Positions 28,976-39,904 are shown, counted from the stretch's first letter. The stretch: DNA of 64,000 bases from an uncultured delta proteobacterium (GCA_963705165.1 CAVPJD010000008.1:132388-196387), one strand, 5' to 3'. Program-made: numbers and translations. The notes: generated by a model from the sequence alone, not told the origin.

Positions 28976-30028
28976 TCAATAGAAATAGGAGACCAGCAGG
29001 GATCCGAAAACCTGCTCGTTGTGCGGCTGCGATTCGAACTGCTTGGTCCGATACACGACGGCATAGGTCACTTTCAGATTGGAAGTGGCAAATCCCAGTC
29101 CCGCCGAAAAATCGGCGACAAAAGGCTTCTTTTCCACGCTGTGGCTCTCGGTGAACGTGTTGCCGTCAAGAAAGATGTCATGCGCAATGGCCCGCCCGTC
29201 GGCGCCCAGAAAGAAGAATATGCCGAAACGACTGCCTCCTGAACGTTGAGGGTTCTCGTCGTCGGGAAATGCGCCGCTATCGCATCCCGGGCGTATGGTG
29301 CAGCTCCCAAAGTTATTCGGCCTGTTCCACCCGAAGCGCAATTCCGCTCCCGCGTTGGCATAGATAGCGACATTGCCGACACTGCCTCCCGCGTGGGGGA
29401 TCAGGTCGTATCCCCAGTCACTGCCGATCTCCGTCTTCAGCCATTTCCATTTGCGCTCGTAGGTGATCCCCAGGGCCGGCTCGTCTTTCAGTTGGTTTTC
29501 CCAACCCTTGGGCTCGAGATTTCCAATCCATTGGTGGACCTGTTCCTGGACATCCTCGGCATAGGAGTGGCGGCCCACGATCCCCACATCCACCTCCAGC
29601 GTGTCCATGAACTGGGCGCTCCTCCTGATAAAGCCAAACCCAAGGTACAAATATCCCGCATAGGGGCGGTCATTGACGATGAGGTCCTCTCGGGACAGAT
29701 CATCAGGGGTGTAAATGCTTTGGCCGACGGCGAGAAACATGGCCGATTGAAACCCTGGCGCGTAGAAGAAGGGCATCGCCTTTGTCAATGAATGGTACCA
29801 GGGTGTGGTGCCGGGCGGGACGGAATCGCCGTCCGGCTTCCAGGAAATCCAGGGCGACGTCCAGGTCAGCCTCCCTCCGTTGGTGTAATTGCTGTCGGTC
29901 TTGGCCAGATAATCATTTTCCCAATAAAGACTCAACGTGCCGTAATTGTTTTCTTCCTGGCCCTGGGCGGCGCGAGGGAAGATCAGGATCAAGAGCAGAC
30001 AGAAAAGAAGAAGGGCTTCATGTTTCAT
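28976..30028 (-). CDS. lpxR: Lipid A deacylase LpxR family (DUF2219) outer-membrane protein
   Basis: WEND..TDSNYTNG, GQSIYTP, DRPYAGYLY, GWENQL, DIFLDGNTF; aromatic C-terminus. Confidence 0.88.
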   Translation of the reverse strand: MKHEALLLFCLLLILIFPRAAQGQEENNYGTLSLYWENDYLAKTDSNYTNGGRLTWTSPWISWKPDGDSVPPGTTPWYHSLTKAMPFFYAPGFQSAMFLAVGQSIYTPDDLSREDLIVNDRPYAGYLYLGFGFIRRSAQFMDTLEVDVGIVGRHSYAEDVQEQVHQWIGNLEPKGWENQLKDEPALGITYERKWKWLKTEIGSDWGYDLIPHAGGSVGNVAIYANAGAELRFGWNRPNNFGSCTIRPGCDSGAFPDDENPQRSGGSRFGIFFFLGADGRAIAHDIFLDGNTFTESHSVEKKPFVADFSAGLGFATSNLKVTYAVVYRTKQFESQPHNEQVFGSLLVSYFY

Positions 30029-30460
30029 GAATGGATGGCCATTTTTTGAAGACCTCGCCAGCGCGGCGATTAAAATTTCAGGACGTTCGCTCCGACATGC
30101 CCACATCCCGCACCGGGACATTGCCCAGTGAAAAGTAACTACGCATCCAGGCCGGAAGCTGCCCTCCACAATGCAAGGCCTTGTCTTGTATAACATTTCA
30201 ATCCATCGGGGGCAATCGCCCATCAGAAGAAGGCGGAATCTGAGCCGAGTGAACGAGCGCGGCGGCTCGTATCGCATAGTATTCCCTTGACTTTCCTACA
30301 ATAGAGCCCATTATGGAAGCAGTAATGTAAACGACATCATTCAAAATATTGATGCCCTCTTTTCCCATGTAGGGAAACAACGGATAAAATTGAAGCCCTG
30401 TCCATTACGATGAGACAGGGCTTTGTGTTTCTTGACCCGTTTCAAAAGGAGCATGCAAAA

Positions 30461-30760
30461 ATGAAAATCCATTTAATCGAAACTGCGAACAATTTCAACA
30501 AGCTGCGAGAAAAGATCTGGGAGTGCGGCTGGTGGAAACTGGAAGAAGACAAAGCCAAGAAACTCATCGGTGGACATATTTATTTCCACAAAAAGCGCTC
30601 CGAGCCGTCTTTCTACGGAGGGTCAATCCGGGGTTACCGGGTCAAGCAGGAGGAACCCAATCAGGGCAGGATTATTTTCGAATTCGAATATCATTCCGCC
30701 TGCAGGGGGATTAAGACAGATAAAACTGGATGGTCGATAGCGAAGAAGATTGTACAATGA
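30461..30760 (+). CDS. Hypothetical protein
   Basis: AAGGAG RBS; WECGWW..IYFHKKRSEPSFYGG.I. Confidence 0.7.
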   Translation: MKIHLIETANNFNKLREKIWECGWWKLEEDKAKKLIGGHIYFHKKRSEPSFYGGSIRGYRVKQEEPNQGRIIFEFEYHSACRGIKTDKTGWSIAKKIVQ

Positions 30761-30874
30761 GGTTCACGTAAGGCCGAGAGAGCGTGAACGAGATTTATCG
30801 GAAGACAGCAGCTGAGAAGACATGTCGGCTGAGGAAGAATGTCAAAATACCAGGAGATAAAGGGTGACGCAGCT

Positions 30875-31099
30875 ATGAATGAGTGTGATGTCAAGCAGGA
30901 ACTATATGAAATTCACTATGTTTTCCAGGAAGGAAATGAGGACAAGATTTATTACATCGTTGCGCGTTCGCTCATCAACGCAATAGATCGTTTCTACAAG
31001 CTGCAGCCGACCAATAAGATCCGACTGATCCGTTTGCTGGCTGAACGGGATATCGAGAGGTTCAGCATGAGGACAAACCTGACCGTCTGCGCAGAATAG
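30875..31099 (+). CDS. Small hypothetical protein
   Basis: Protein-like composition only; start uncertain. Confidence 0.4.
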   Translation: MNECDVKQELYEIHYVFQEGNEDKIYYIVARSLINAIDRFYKLQPTNKIRLIRLLAERDIERFSMRTNLTVCAE

Positions 31100-31358
31100 G
31101 CCGCCCCCTGAGAAAGAAAAATCCCCCTCTTTCCCCCTGTTGCAAAGGGGGATGGAAGGGGGATTTCCCAATCAACCCAATACCCAATCAACGAATCACT
31201 GTTGCGCAGCAACCTGCCTTGCGGCTGCTTTTTACCTGAATCCCGAATCCCGAAGCCTTTTCTCCCCTATCAACTTTAACGAATAAACCAATTACTGCAG
31301 CGAAGCTGCTGCCGTCGGCTGTCTGCTGCAGGCTGTTGGCTCTTTTCTTCCCGGCTCC

Positions 31359-31997
31359 CTATTCCCAGATGATGACCTGCTTTCTAAAGTCAACCCTGTA
31401 CTTCAACCCGCGCAGCACATCCATGCCGAGCAATCCGTCATGTCCTGCGGCAGGACCTTTATGGGGGACGACAAGTATATCCCAGTTGCGCTTCGTGTGA
31501 GGTCCGACAGTCAGACGGCTCATCTTGACTAAACGGGCCTCGATGACAGCCCCTCCGACAACCCGCACCTGTGCCTTTCTTTCTTTGCTTAGATTCATGG
31601 ATAATTGATCCGCGATTTCGGTGTTGATCGTCGTTTTTGAAGCGCCGGTGTCCAGGACGAGATGAACGTCGACTTCATTGCCGCCGTAAACAAGTGTCGC
31701 AGGAACCAAGACGGTGTTCCCTCTTATTTGAACCTTCGTCGGCTCGTCGCCCCCGGTGACGACAGTCTCCCCCATGCGCTTCCAGTTCTCGCTCCCCCCT
31801 TGCGCTTCTCCCCTGTTGCCGGATTGCGCCAACCGGATGCCTTCCGCTATGGGAGACGCAACGGCAGCCGAATCGGCTCCCGCGATAACGCCCCTGGAAA
31901 CCGCCCGGTTTTCGGCCTTCGATTCTGGAGACGGCTGACTGAAGCAGCAAAGGGCAACCAGGGCACAACCTGTTGTGACGCGCCAGAGTCTCTGCAT
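31359..31997 (-). CDS. Retropepsin-like (clan AA) aspartic protease, exported
   Basis: LVLDTGAS catalytic motif and DGLLGMD; signal-peptide-like N-terminus. Confidence 0.88.
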   Translation of the reverse strand: MQRLWRVTTGCALVALCCFSQPSPESKAENRAVSRGVIAGADSAAVASPIAEGIRLAQSGNRGEAQGGSENWKRMGETVVTGGDEPTKVQIRGNTVLVPATLVYGGNEVDVHLVLDTGASKTTINTEIADQLSMNLSKERKAQVRVVGGAVIEARLVKMSRLTVGPHTKRNWDILVVPHKGPAAGHDGLLGMDVLRGLKYRVDFRKQVIIWE

Positions 31998-32060
31998 CCC
32001 ACCCTCCTCAACTGTATCTGAAATCGGATTTCCCCGCACCAGTTACTGCAGCGAAGCTGC

Positions 32061-33011
32061 TCATCGCTGCACCGGAGCCTGCTGTTCGGCAGATCGTTTA
32101 TTCAGAAATAGCAACATTTTTTCGGTGGAATCAATCCTGGCTTTTCGGTTGCCCTCTTCGGTGCCACCCATCATGTAATGTTCCGTCATCGTATGCCCTG
32201 CATTGTCGTATGGGATATGTTCATAGGGGTAGCTGAACTCTTGATCTTTCAGAGTGCGCATAATCATCTCGCTCATCTCGACGGAAGGCCACATGCGGTC
32301 ATCCCTTGCGGAGAAAAGCAGGATCGGTCCTTTGATCCTGCTCACCGGAATCAAAGCTCTTCTGACAGCCTCCTGCTGTTTCAGGGAATTGCGATAAATA
32401 CTGAGAACGTTGTTTGGATCAGGAAGGTTGCTGAGATCATACGGGACAAATGGAATCGGCTCGCCCCTGTGCGACCAACTGGATCGGGGAGGCCAGTAGT
32501 CCTTTGGCATCCCCTGGAATACGACAGCACCGGGAACAAAGGCGACAACGCCCGAGATCTCCGGCTTTCTTGCAGCCAGCAACAGGGCGAGCTCTGCGCC
32601 CTTGGACTCCCCGATGACGACAATCCTGTCCCCCTGCGTATGCCCGCTTTTCATCAGCCACTCCATCGGCTGGTCGAAGTATTCAAGGGGGATCATGTCC
32701 AGGTATTGGGGTGTGTGCTTCGTCTTGAAGTAGGCCAGGGCCAGGACCGGGAAGCCCTTTTCTGCAATTAACTTGGCGCGACGGCTTGGGACGCCGCCGT
32801 CGGATCCGCCCACAACGAGAACCCCCAGCTTCTTCGGAGATCCCTGTGGAGGGTAGAATTCCCCATCAAAGCTGACACCCGATACCATTGATCCTGTTGT
32901 TTGCATATTCTTCTCGCTCATGGGCACTGGCAGCTCGCCGCGTGCCGTCCCCCCCGCGACCAGGCACAGAGCAAACAGGCCCCAGGCCATCAGCACAATC
33001 CGTCGCCTCAT
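32061..33011 (-). CDS. BAAT/acyl-CoA thioester hydrolase family alpha/beta hydrolase
   Basis: GGSDGG, LALAYF, IPLEYF, GESKGAELAL nucleophile, DDRMWPS, NAGH. Confidence 0.88.
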   Translation of the reverse strand: MRRRIVLMAWGLFALCLVAGGTARGELPVPMSEKNMQTTGSMVSGVSFDGEFYPPQGSPKKLGVLVVGGSDGGVPSRRAKLIAEKGFPVLALAYFKTKHTPQYLDMIPLEYFDQPMEWLMKSGHTQGDRIVVIGESKGAELALLLAARKPEISGVVAFVPGAVVFQGMPKDYWPPRSSWSHRGEPIPFVPYDLSNLPDPNNVLSIYRNSLKQQEAVRRALIPVSRIKGPILLFSARDDRMWPSVEMSEMIMRTLKDQEFSYPYEHIPYDNAGHTMTEHYMMGGTEEGNRKARIDSTEKMLLFLNKRSAEQQAPVQR

Positions 33012-33734
33012 CGTTCCCTCCACTTGCCGGGCTCATTTTCTACGTAACAACATCATATAACAACCTCTCAGAGAAAAATAAAACATTCTCTGCTGCTGAA
33101 ATTGAAGCTCCCCGGCCACAGGGCGGAGCTTCCCGGCAAGGAAAGAACTAAACATGATTGCGCATCAGAAACCTTGAGGAACAGGATCATTCCCCCTCTC
33201 GGGAAGGCCTCAATACCCCCTCCCGAGTTTCGCGGAAAAACCAGCGAAACAATTGGCAGGGCCGGAAATGGCTCTGCCTTTTTTTGCCACCTTCTATCCT
33301 TAATCTTCAGAACACTTGATCAGAATGAGAAGAAAAGTCGCAGGTGAACTGAATGGTGACGACCAATTATGGCAAGGCCTGTAAAGTCATATATGGTTTA
33401 TGACACGAGATTTGACCCGTCTCCCACACTGACCCAATCAACCAATCACTTATTAAAATTCCTCGCACCTTGGTGCGAGGAATTTAGAAACTTAAGGAAG
33501 TGGATGATCTGTTATTATGCTCGCTAACCCCGCAGCAAGCTGCGGGGTTAGCGCGTGCAATCGTTTTCAACGAATTACTGCTGCGCTGCGGCACACCGGT
33601 CTATGCCTCTTTCCCGCCGCGCAGCGGCTCTACACGCCACACACTACACGCTTCTTTAGCTCACTGCTGCGAAGCAGCCCGCAATACCTGACCCCATCTG
33701 CCTGATCAGGCCTTTAAGATCCCAATCCGTTCTA

Positions 33735-34139
33735 TCAAGACTTTTTCAGTGCGATGATCTTCTTGACCTTGTCACTATCGTCGTATGTAACTTCATAGCA
33801 GATATCTTCCCCATTGAAAGTGGCCTCGGTCGGTGTGCCTACAAACTCCCACAGACCCATCGTTAGGATGTCGGCAGCACCGTGAAATAATGCCCTGCCA
33901 ACTTTTGCGCCCGTCCCGTAGCCCTGCCTGAACTTGAAGATGTCGACTTTTTCACCTTCCCTGACATCGCTCGATATGGGGTTGCCGAACTCGGCCAGCA
34001 GGGCATTTCTCGGCATGCCGACAACGAAGAGATCGGTGTTCTTCTTATCCGGTTGAGTAGATGCCATATAGACCGAGCAGCCGGTCAAGAACAAGGTAGA
34101 CGCGGTGATCAACACAATGAGCAACAACCATTTTTTCAT
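33735..34139 (-). CDS. Small lipoprotein
   Basis: Lipobox LTGC; hydrophobic hairpin GRALFHGAADILTMGLWEFVG. Confidence 0.8.
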   Translation of the reverse strand: MKKWLLLIVLITASTLFLTGCSVYMASTQPDKKNTDLFVVGMPRNALLAEFGNPISSDVREGEKVDIFKFRQGYGTGAKVGRALFHGAADILTMGLWEFVGTPTEATFNGEDICYEVTYDDSDKVKKIIALKKS

Positions 34140-34244
34140 AATACCCCCTTTGACGTGTGTGGTCTTGATCCGGTCTACTAATCTGCTTCGCCCGCCAACA
34201 TCATTATCGCGCTGCCTCTGCCAGCACGCGAATTCGTTTGTGGG

Positions 34245-36270
34245 TCAATCGCCGATCTCGATTTTTTTCACGACTTCATTGGCCATGAGGCCGCAGAGCG
34301 CCTTCGACATTTCCCGTTCGTATGTCGGCTTTTCGTATCCCTTGGCGGCGACGACCGTTATGTCCTGCTGTGATCCTTTTTTCCAGACCACATTGTCTTT
34401 CTTGTAGATTCGAACCCCGCCGACGAGTGTGAATTTTGTCGAAGTGAATTGACTGCTCGGGGTGTCTGTAACCTTTGTGATCTTTACGACCGGTTCCACA
34501 CAATAGTCGGTCTCCACCTCGACGATTTCGATCTTTTTCTTGAATCCGAAGTTTCCGTCATTGTACTGAGCGACGTGACGGGACAGACCCGCGACGTCGT
34601 AGAAGGGGTACTTGCAGCCCGTAGAGAGAATGAAGGGAAGCAGTTGGTCGACATCCTGAACTGCGGGGCCCCCGTCTTGAACGAGCTCCTTCCGGCATGG
34701 CTTCAGCACCTTGGCACCGCTTGAGCCTGCTGCGGTCATGCTGCTCGTCATGGCCACATCGCCGGCAACGGGTTCGGGGGCTTGCGGCGACAGCATGAGA
34801 CTCCGGCCCAGAACGGCCTGCCCGGAGTTTTTCTCTCCGACACGCAGTTCCCAGATAGGGACATGAACATCCTCGGAAATCCCGCTGACCTTGCCAACCT
34901 TGCGGTAAAGCATGACATTCTGACCGGGCACAAGCGCATTGAGCCTGTCCTCGACTACAACATTCTTCGCACCCACGCTCTTCACCGGGAACTCCAGGGA
35001 ACGGAATTTGACATTTTGGGCAAAATCGTCAGCAATGCGTACGATGGCGTTCTTGATCAGGATTTCTTCGCGAGCCTCGTTGGAGAACCGGATGTCTCCG
35101 AAGACTTCGTCGGTGATCTTCTCGTCTATGCAGCTTGCATACAAGACACGGCCGCTGCGGTCGTAGAGGCTGCCGCAGGCCTGGACAACATACGTGTCGA
35201 CCGACGCATAACTCTTGTTGGTCGGTGTATTCGTGTAGAAGGGACCGTGGAAATACAGTTTCATGAAGTAATCAGGCACTTCCCGGTTCTGGGTGACCTC
35301 CTGCTTCAGGTGGGTCAGATCGAGGACGGCCCTCTGCATGTCGAAATAGCTTTTTTCAACGGATATCAGCGAGAAGGAGGCCCTCTTCCCAAGAGCATTG
35401 ATCAACAGCTGATAGACCACGCTGTCCGGAAGCCCGCTCGCCTTGACGTGCGATCTCCCGTTGCCGTTGAGCAGCAGCATCACTTTCGGTTTTTTCAGCT
35501 CATCCATCGATTCATTCGAATATTTCGAAAACACGGAATCCTTCTTCGGCGCTCCGAGAAGACTCTGCGCAACCGAATACTTATGGGCCGCATGCACGAC
35601 GGACAACTGGTTCTTGTGCTGGTCGACAACAATGTCTCCCTTGACCATTCCCGCGTCCATCCCCCGGTCGAGGATGTAATTCCCGTTCCATTCCGAACCG
35701 ACTTTGGCGTTGATCGTGGTTGGGGTGAAGCTGGCCTGGGCCTGCTTGAGCACCATGTCCAGGAGCTCATTGTATGTCTCACGGTACAGGCTGATGATCC
35801 GCGGATCGTCTTTACCTGGTGAAAGCTCGGCCGGATACGGTTTCGTATCTGCTGTAATAGGTGTACGTGTAGGAATAGAGAGATTCGCCGGTGACCATGT
35901 TGGCAAAATTGATGCTCACCGTCACGGGCAGGTAAAGATCCACCAGCTTGTCCGTCTTCTGGATCCGGTAGAAGGACACCCTGGGGATCTGCAGAAAGGC
36001 GGCAAACGTGCTGTACTTGTTGCTGTCATTGATCGTGGCAGCCGCGAGGGGAAAGTACTGTTTGAACTTCTTCACGAAGGTCTCGAACCCATACTCGCGG
36101 TCCTTGCCGGATCCGTCCTTCGAAAGAGCCTTCATGAACAGCTCGTTTGATTCTACCGTCTCCGACGGGAAGACCGCCCGTACGGGGTAGACAGACGCGC
36201 CTGCCTGCGCGAAGGCCTGCGTCGTGCCGATCGAAAGAAGCGCTGTGCAGAGGAGAGCTATTAGTTTCAC
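34245..36270 (-). CDS. Large exported multidomain protein (CsgG/FlgT-like domains), interrupted by a +1 frameshift near 35830
   Basis: ORF 35812-36270 (signal peptide) joins ORF 34245-35906 if one base is removed at GTA TCC GGC CGA. It has FlgT_C-like segments YILDRGMDAGMVKGD and NALVPGQNVMLYRK. Confidence 0.7.
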
Positions 36271-36276
36271 GGTGTC

Positions 36277-37896
36277 CTACTTTCGTTTCTTCGAGTCTGT
36301 TTTTGCGGCAACCGGCTTCTTTCCCGCGGGGCGGAACACGATCTGGTTGCCTTCCGTCTCGATTTCATAATTGGCGAAGCGATCGGCCAGGGACGATTCG
36401 GCGAGCTTCATGAAGATTTCGTCGCCGACCTGACCTGACCCGCCATAGTTCACGACGAATTCGATCTTGCCTGCTTCCGCCGATCGCTGCTTCACGTTGC
36501 TGACGCCCTGCACCTGCTTGACGGTGTTCGTGAACTGTATCCGGGCCATGGTGGGAAGGTCGCCCACAAGGACCAGGATGTATTCGGAACCATACATCTG
36601 CCTCGTCTTCCAGTAGTCCTGGATCGAGTGAGCGACTGTGCTGCCGAGGCCGGCGCCGATCTTGTTGGCGACATTTGTTCGACACTGATCCGGTGAGTTT
36701 CCGGAGGCCGACTCCGTCAGGGCGCCCGACGCTATGGTTTCGCTGTCCGCGGTCGAATAGACCTTGACCACCACCATGCCGTCGCAGGCGCTCTGGCCGG
36801 TCGTAGTGCTCTTTCCGCGGTCGACAATGACAGAGGTGCCGATGGCGAAGAAATCCGCCTTTGCATCCGATCGTGCGGCTTTCGCGAATTTCGCCAGTTG
36901 CTCACTGTTTTCGAGCTTCTCGACCGTTATCGGGTTCTTGCCGAAATACTTGCTTCGGAAGATATCGCTGCTCAGGGACCGGATGTCGTAGGTACGGAAC
37001 GCGCTGCCGAGGGAGGCAACCGTGTCATTACGCTTGTCCGGGCTGTTGCGCGGCTGATACTCTTTGATATTGGTGAAAAATTCGTGCTCGCTGTCCGAAG
37101 CGCTCACGAACCTCCCGTAATTGAGGTTGCTCTGCTTCTTGTGTGCCGCATCCAGCGACTGGTCCTTCGAGTAGCGGGCGTCGACGGAGCCCTTCTGAGA
37201 AAATTTCGCATCGGCGGAGTTGGACCCGGACGCATAGCCGTCGCCAGTCAGCACTCTGCCGCTGGATTTAGCGGAAGCGGAGCCGGACGCCTGATTGGTT
37301 GCGGCCAGAGAACCGGCCTCCTTGTTCCGTGCCGACACGGCGCTGGCCTCGGAGCTGCTCTTGGACAGGGCCTGGCGATCATTGTAGGACTTGTCCCGGT
37401 CATATTTATAGACGGTCACTTCCCGGAGCGGGGTCGATACGGAGAGATCCGAGGGCAGGGAAAAATACTCGTCCATGACGACCATGATCGAACTTGCGCG
37501 GGTCGTGGCCGTATTGAGGGCGATTCCCATGTCCGACAGGAGTTTGCGAAGCTTGGTTTCATCGACAACCAGAACGGTGTTGACCACGTAGCGGTCTCCA
37601 TCGCGCCTCGCGCTGTCGTTCTGCTTGATCTTGTAAACGCTGGCCTGCGAAACGATCTTGGGGAATTTCTCCTGGACCTTCGGATTCTTGTCCGCATCGG
37701 CCCCGAGGATTCGCTCAAGGGCGATGTTCACGGCATCCCTCATCGCCTCTTGCTTCGCCTTGTGCTGCACCTCGGCGATATCCTGCGTAACAATTGCACT
37801 GCCCTCACCCTGGACTTCGATTTCCACGGCGGATGCGATGGTTGCAGCGAAGATCGTAATAACTGCGGCATGCAGCAGCAATCTGATGAATTTCAT
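36277..37896 (-). CDS. Exported protein with a FlgT-N/LPP20-like N-domain and a CsgG/TolB_N-like core
   Basis: Signal peptide; EVQGEG..AKQEAMRDAV; SIMVVMDE; Ser/Ala-rich insertion; ferredoxin-like C-terminus. Confidence 0.7.
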   Translation of the reverse strand: MKFIRLLLHAAVITIFAATIASAVEIEVQGEGSAIVTQDIAEVQHKAKQEAMRDAVNIALERILGADADKNPKVQEKFPKIVSQASVYKIKQNDSARRDGDRYVVNTVLVVDETKLRKLLSDMGIALNTATTRASSIMVVMDEYFSLPSDLSVSTPLREVTVYKYDRDKSYNDRQALSKSSSEASAVSARNKEAGSLAATNQASGSASAKSSGRVLTGDGYASGSNSADAKFSQKGSVDARYSKDQSLDAAHKKQSNLNYGRFVSASDSEHEFFTNIKEYQPRNSPDKRNDTVASLGSAFRTYDIRSLSSDIFRSKYFGKNPITVEKLENSEQLAKFAKAARSDAKADFFAIGTSVIVDRGKSTTTGQSACDGMVVVKVYSTADSETIASGALTESASGNSPDQCRTNVANKIGAGLGSTVAHSIQDYWKTRQMYGSEYILVLVGDLPTMARIQFTNTVKQVQGVSNVKQRSAEAGKIEFVVNYGGSGQVGDEIFMKLAESSLADRFANYEIETEGNQIVFRPAGKKPVAAKTDSKKRK

Positions 37897-37916
37897 GGTG
37901 TCCTCCGGTATCTGCT

Positions 37917-38444
37917 CTACTTTGTCCGTATCTCGATGTTTCCTGCCTTGATGACGTCTTCGCTGATTTCCACGCGCCCTGCTTTGACGGTGGTTTCGGT
38001 TTTTTGGTAATCGACGCCGTACTTCTTCATGAGATCCTGAAATTCAGGGGACTCGCGCAAGTCCCTGAGATAGATATCGCTGGCAAGAACGTCCCGGTTC
38101 GTGAATCCGCTTTTCATGGCCTCATCCAAAGCCTTGATGGCCTCGGCTTTTTTGCCGTTGGCAGCATTGGACTGGGTCAGGACGAAGAGGACGGCAACAT
38201 TGGTTGGCTCGTGAGCCTTTGCCCGCTCGGCCGCCTCCAGGGCGGTGGCATAATTGCGGGAATAGAGCGAATTCATAGCCGTCCCGAGCGGGCCGGAGGC
38301 GCCCTCTGTGGGCCCGCTCTTTTTGGCGTCGCCTTTTGAATCGAAGAGCGAAAGGATCTTGTCCTTGTCACAGGCGGCTGTAGCCATAGTGATACACAGA
38401 ACCAAGACGATAGAAAGTGCCTTGCCAGCGCGTGTCATGGTCAT
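37917..38444 (-). CDS. TPR-containing lipoprotein
   Basis: Lipobox TAAC; EAIKALDEAMKSGF..D.YLRDLRESPEFQDL TPR end-of-group pattern. Confidence 0.75.
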   Translation of the reverse strand: MTMTRAGKALSIVLVLCITMATAACDKDKILSLFDSKGDAKKSGPTEGASGPLGTAMNSLYSRNYATALEAAERAKAHEPTNVAVLFVLTQSNAANGKKAEAIKALDEAMKSGFTNRDVLASDIYLRDLRESPEFQDLMKKYGVDYQKTETTVKAGRVEISEDVIKAGNIEIRTK

Positions 38445-38448
38445 AACC

Positions 38449-39156
38449 TCAGATATTGGCGTCTTTGGGAGCATCGGCTGCCGATGCAGGTACCGCCACC
38501 TCGACCTTGGCGGTCTTCGCGAGCTTAGTCAGCGCGCTGCCGAGATCCGTCGCCTTTTTAGCCTGCTCGGGGAGCGATGAAGCGATATTCGTCACACGCG
38601 GAACATCGTTAGAAAAGGATGCCGCCGCGGTAGGATTGGACTTCAGGGCGGTCGAAAGGCTCTTCGAGGTTTCCACAGCCTCCTTGTCTTTCAGGGCGGC
38701 GAGAACAACATTATAAACCGAGGCACCGAAGAGCTTCTTCTGCGTGCCATCGAGAGACTCGATCTTCTTCGCCGTCTCAGCCTTCTCTGTCGCCTTGGCC
38801 ACGATGGCGATCTTGTCTTCCTGAACCTTTTTCATGGCCGCTTCTTTCTCTTTAGGATCCTGGATCTTCTCGATTTCCTTCTGTCGCTGCGTGATTTTTT
38901 CGGTTTCTTCCTTGTTCGCCACCATCGAGAGAGCGATGTTGACGGACTTATCCAGTAGCGTTTCCGCTTCGGCAACGAGTTTGTAGAGCTTGTCAAGAGA
39001 CGCGCGACTGACTGAGCCACCGCCGCTGCTGCCGGTGCTAGCGAGGTTCTTCATGGAGTCGAAAGGTCCTGCTACGGCGTTGCTAGAGGCGAATACGGTG
39101 ATTAACGAGCCTGCACAGATGATTGCCAGAATGATGTGTAACTTCTTGCTGAACAT
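38449..39156 (-). CDS. Exported helical Ala/Lys-rich protein
   Basis: GGAGG RBS, signal peptide, amphipathic helices; first gene of the cluster. Confidence 0.75.
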   Translation of the reverse strand: MFSKKLHIILAIICAGSLITVFASSNAVAGPFDSMKNLASTGSSGGGSVSRASLDKLYKLVAEAETLLDKSVNIALSMVANKEETEKITQRQKEIEKIQDPKEKEAAMKKVQEDKIAIVAKATEKAETAKKIESLDGTQKKLFGASVYNVVLAALKDKEAVETSKSLSTALKSNPTAAASFSNDVPRVTNIASSLPEQAKKATDLGSALTKLAKTAKVEVAVPASAADAPKDANI

Positions 39157-39870
39157 AGGAGCCTCCCTTAAGTGATCATTTTGCCCGAGGGCTTTCGTTA
39201 ATGGGAAATATCGTGAACTCTTCCGTGAGATCTTTTGGCTGGACTGTCACACGTTACTTTCTGTAACGGTTAACTCGACAGCCGCATGACTTGTGAATCC
39301 TCACTGAATGGGTAATCGGAAAGCGGGAGAGGAAAAATGATATAGAAAAAATGTAGGTGAAACATGAGCGGAATAACTACATTATAAGGGACGCGGGCGT
39401 GAATCGGCGTATACTGTAGCACCACAGTAGACAAACATAAAGGCATACGAATGTTGCTATATGCTTTGATATAATTGACTTTTCTGCCGATGTATGGCGG
39501 CAATCTCAGTCTAAAGTATTAACGCTTTCACCTTAAAGTATTAGATGGCACTTTATTGCCTGTCTTCCGGAAATGTCCTGTAGTATCCCTCAATGTTCTT
39601 TTTTTTAAATAACCCTTCATCCTTTCTACCTCGCGCCAACTCAATGGCGCCTCGCACCCCTCCCAGTGATAAACCCCAAAATCTTTCTTCCGTCTATTGG
39701 GGTCCTGCTTCCACTGCCTGAGTATAAATACGAACTGAACACTTGCCAGCATGGTGTCCTTCTCCTCAACAACATAGTAGATCAGAACGTAAAAAAGCCC
39801 GCGCAAAGGCGCGGGCTTGTAATCACGCCGTCGGCCTTTAGCACATTTCTATAGCGGCGCAAGTAACCTG

Positions 39871-39904
39871 ACGGCGGAGATGAGGTCACGGCGGAGATGA
39901 GGTC
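39871..39904. repeat. Perfect 17-bp tandem duplication
   Basis: ACGGCGGAGATGAGGTC twice. Confidence 0.9.

Noticed and set aside
33735..39156. Curli (csg) operon
   Set aside because: No curlin-repeat subunits or CsgE/CsgF-like genes; only a fold-level resemblance.
39180..39860. Short ORFs in the AT-rich region (39270-39503, 39528-39806, 39666-39854)
   Set aside because: No convincing RBS or motifs; more likely the promoter region of the cluster plus decayed DNA.
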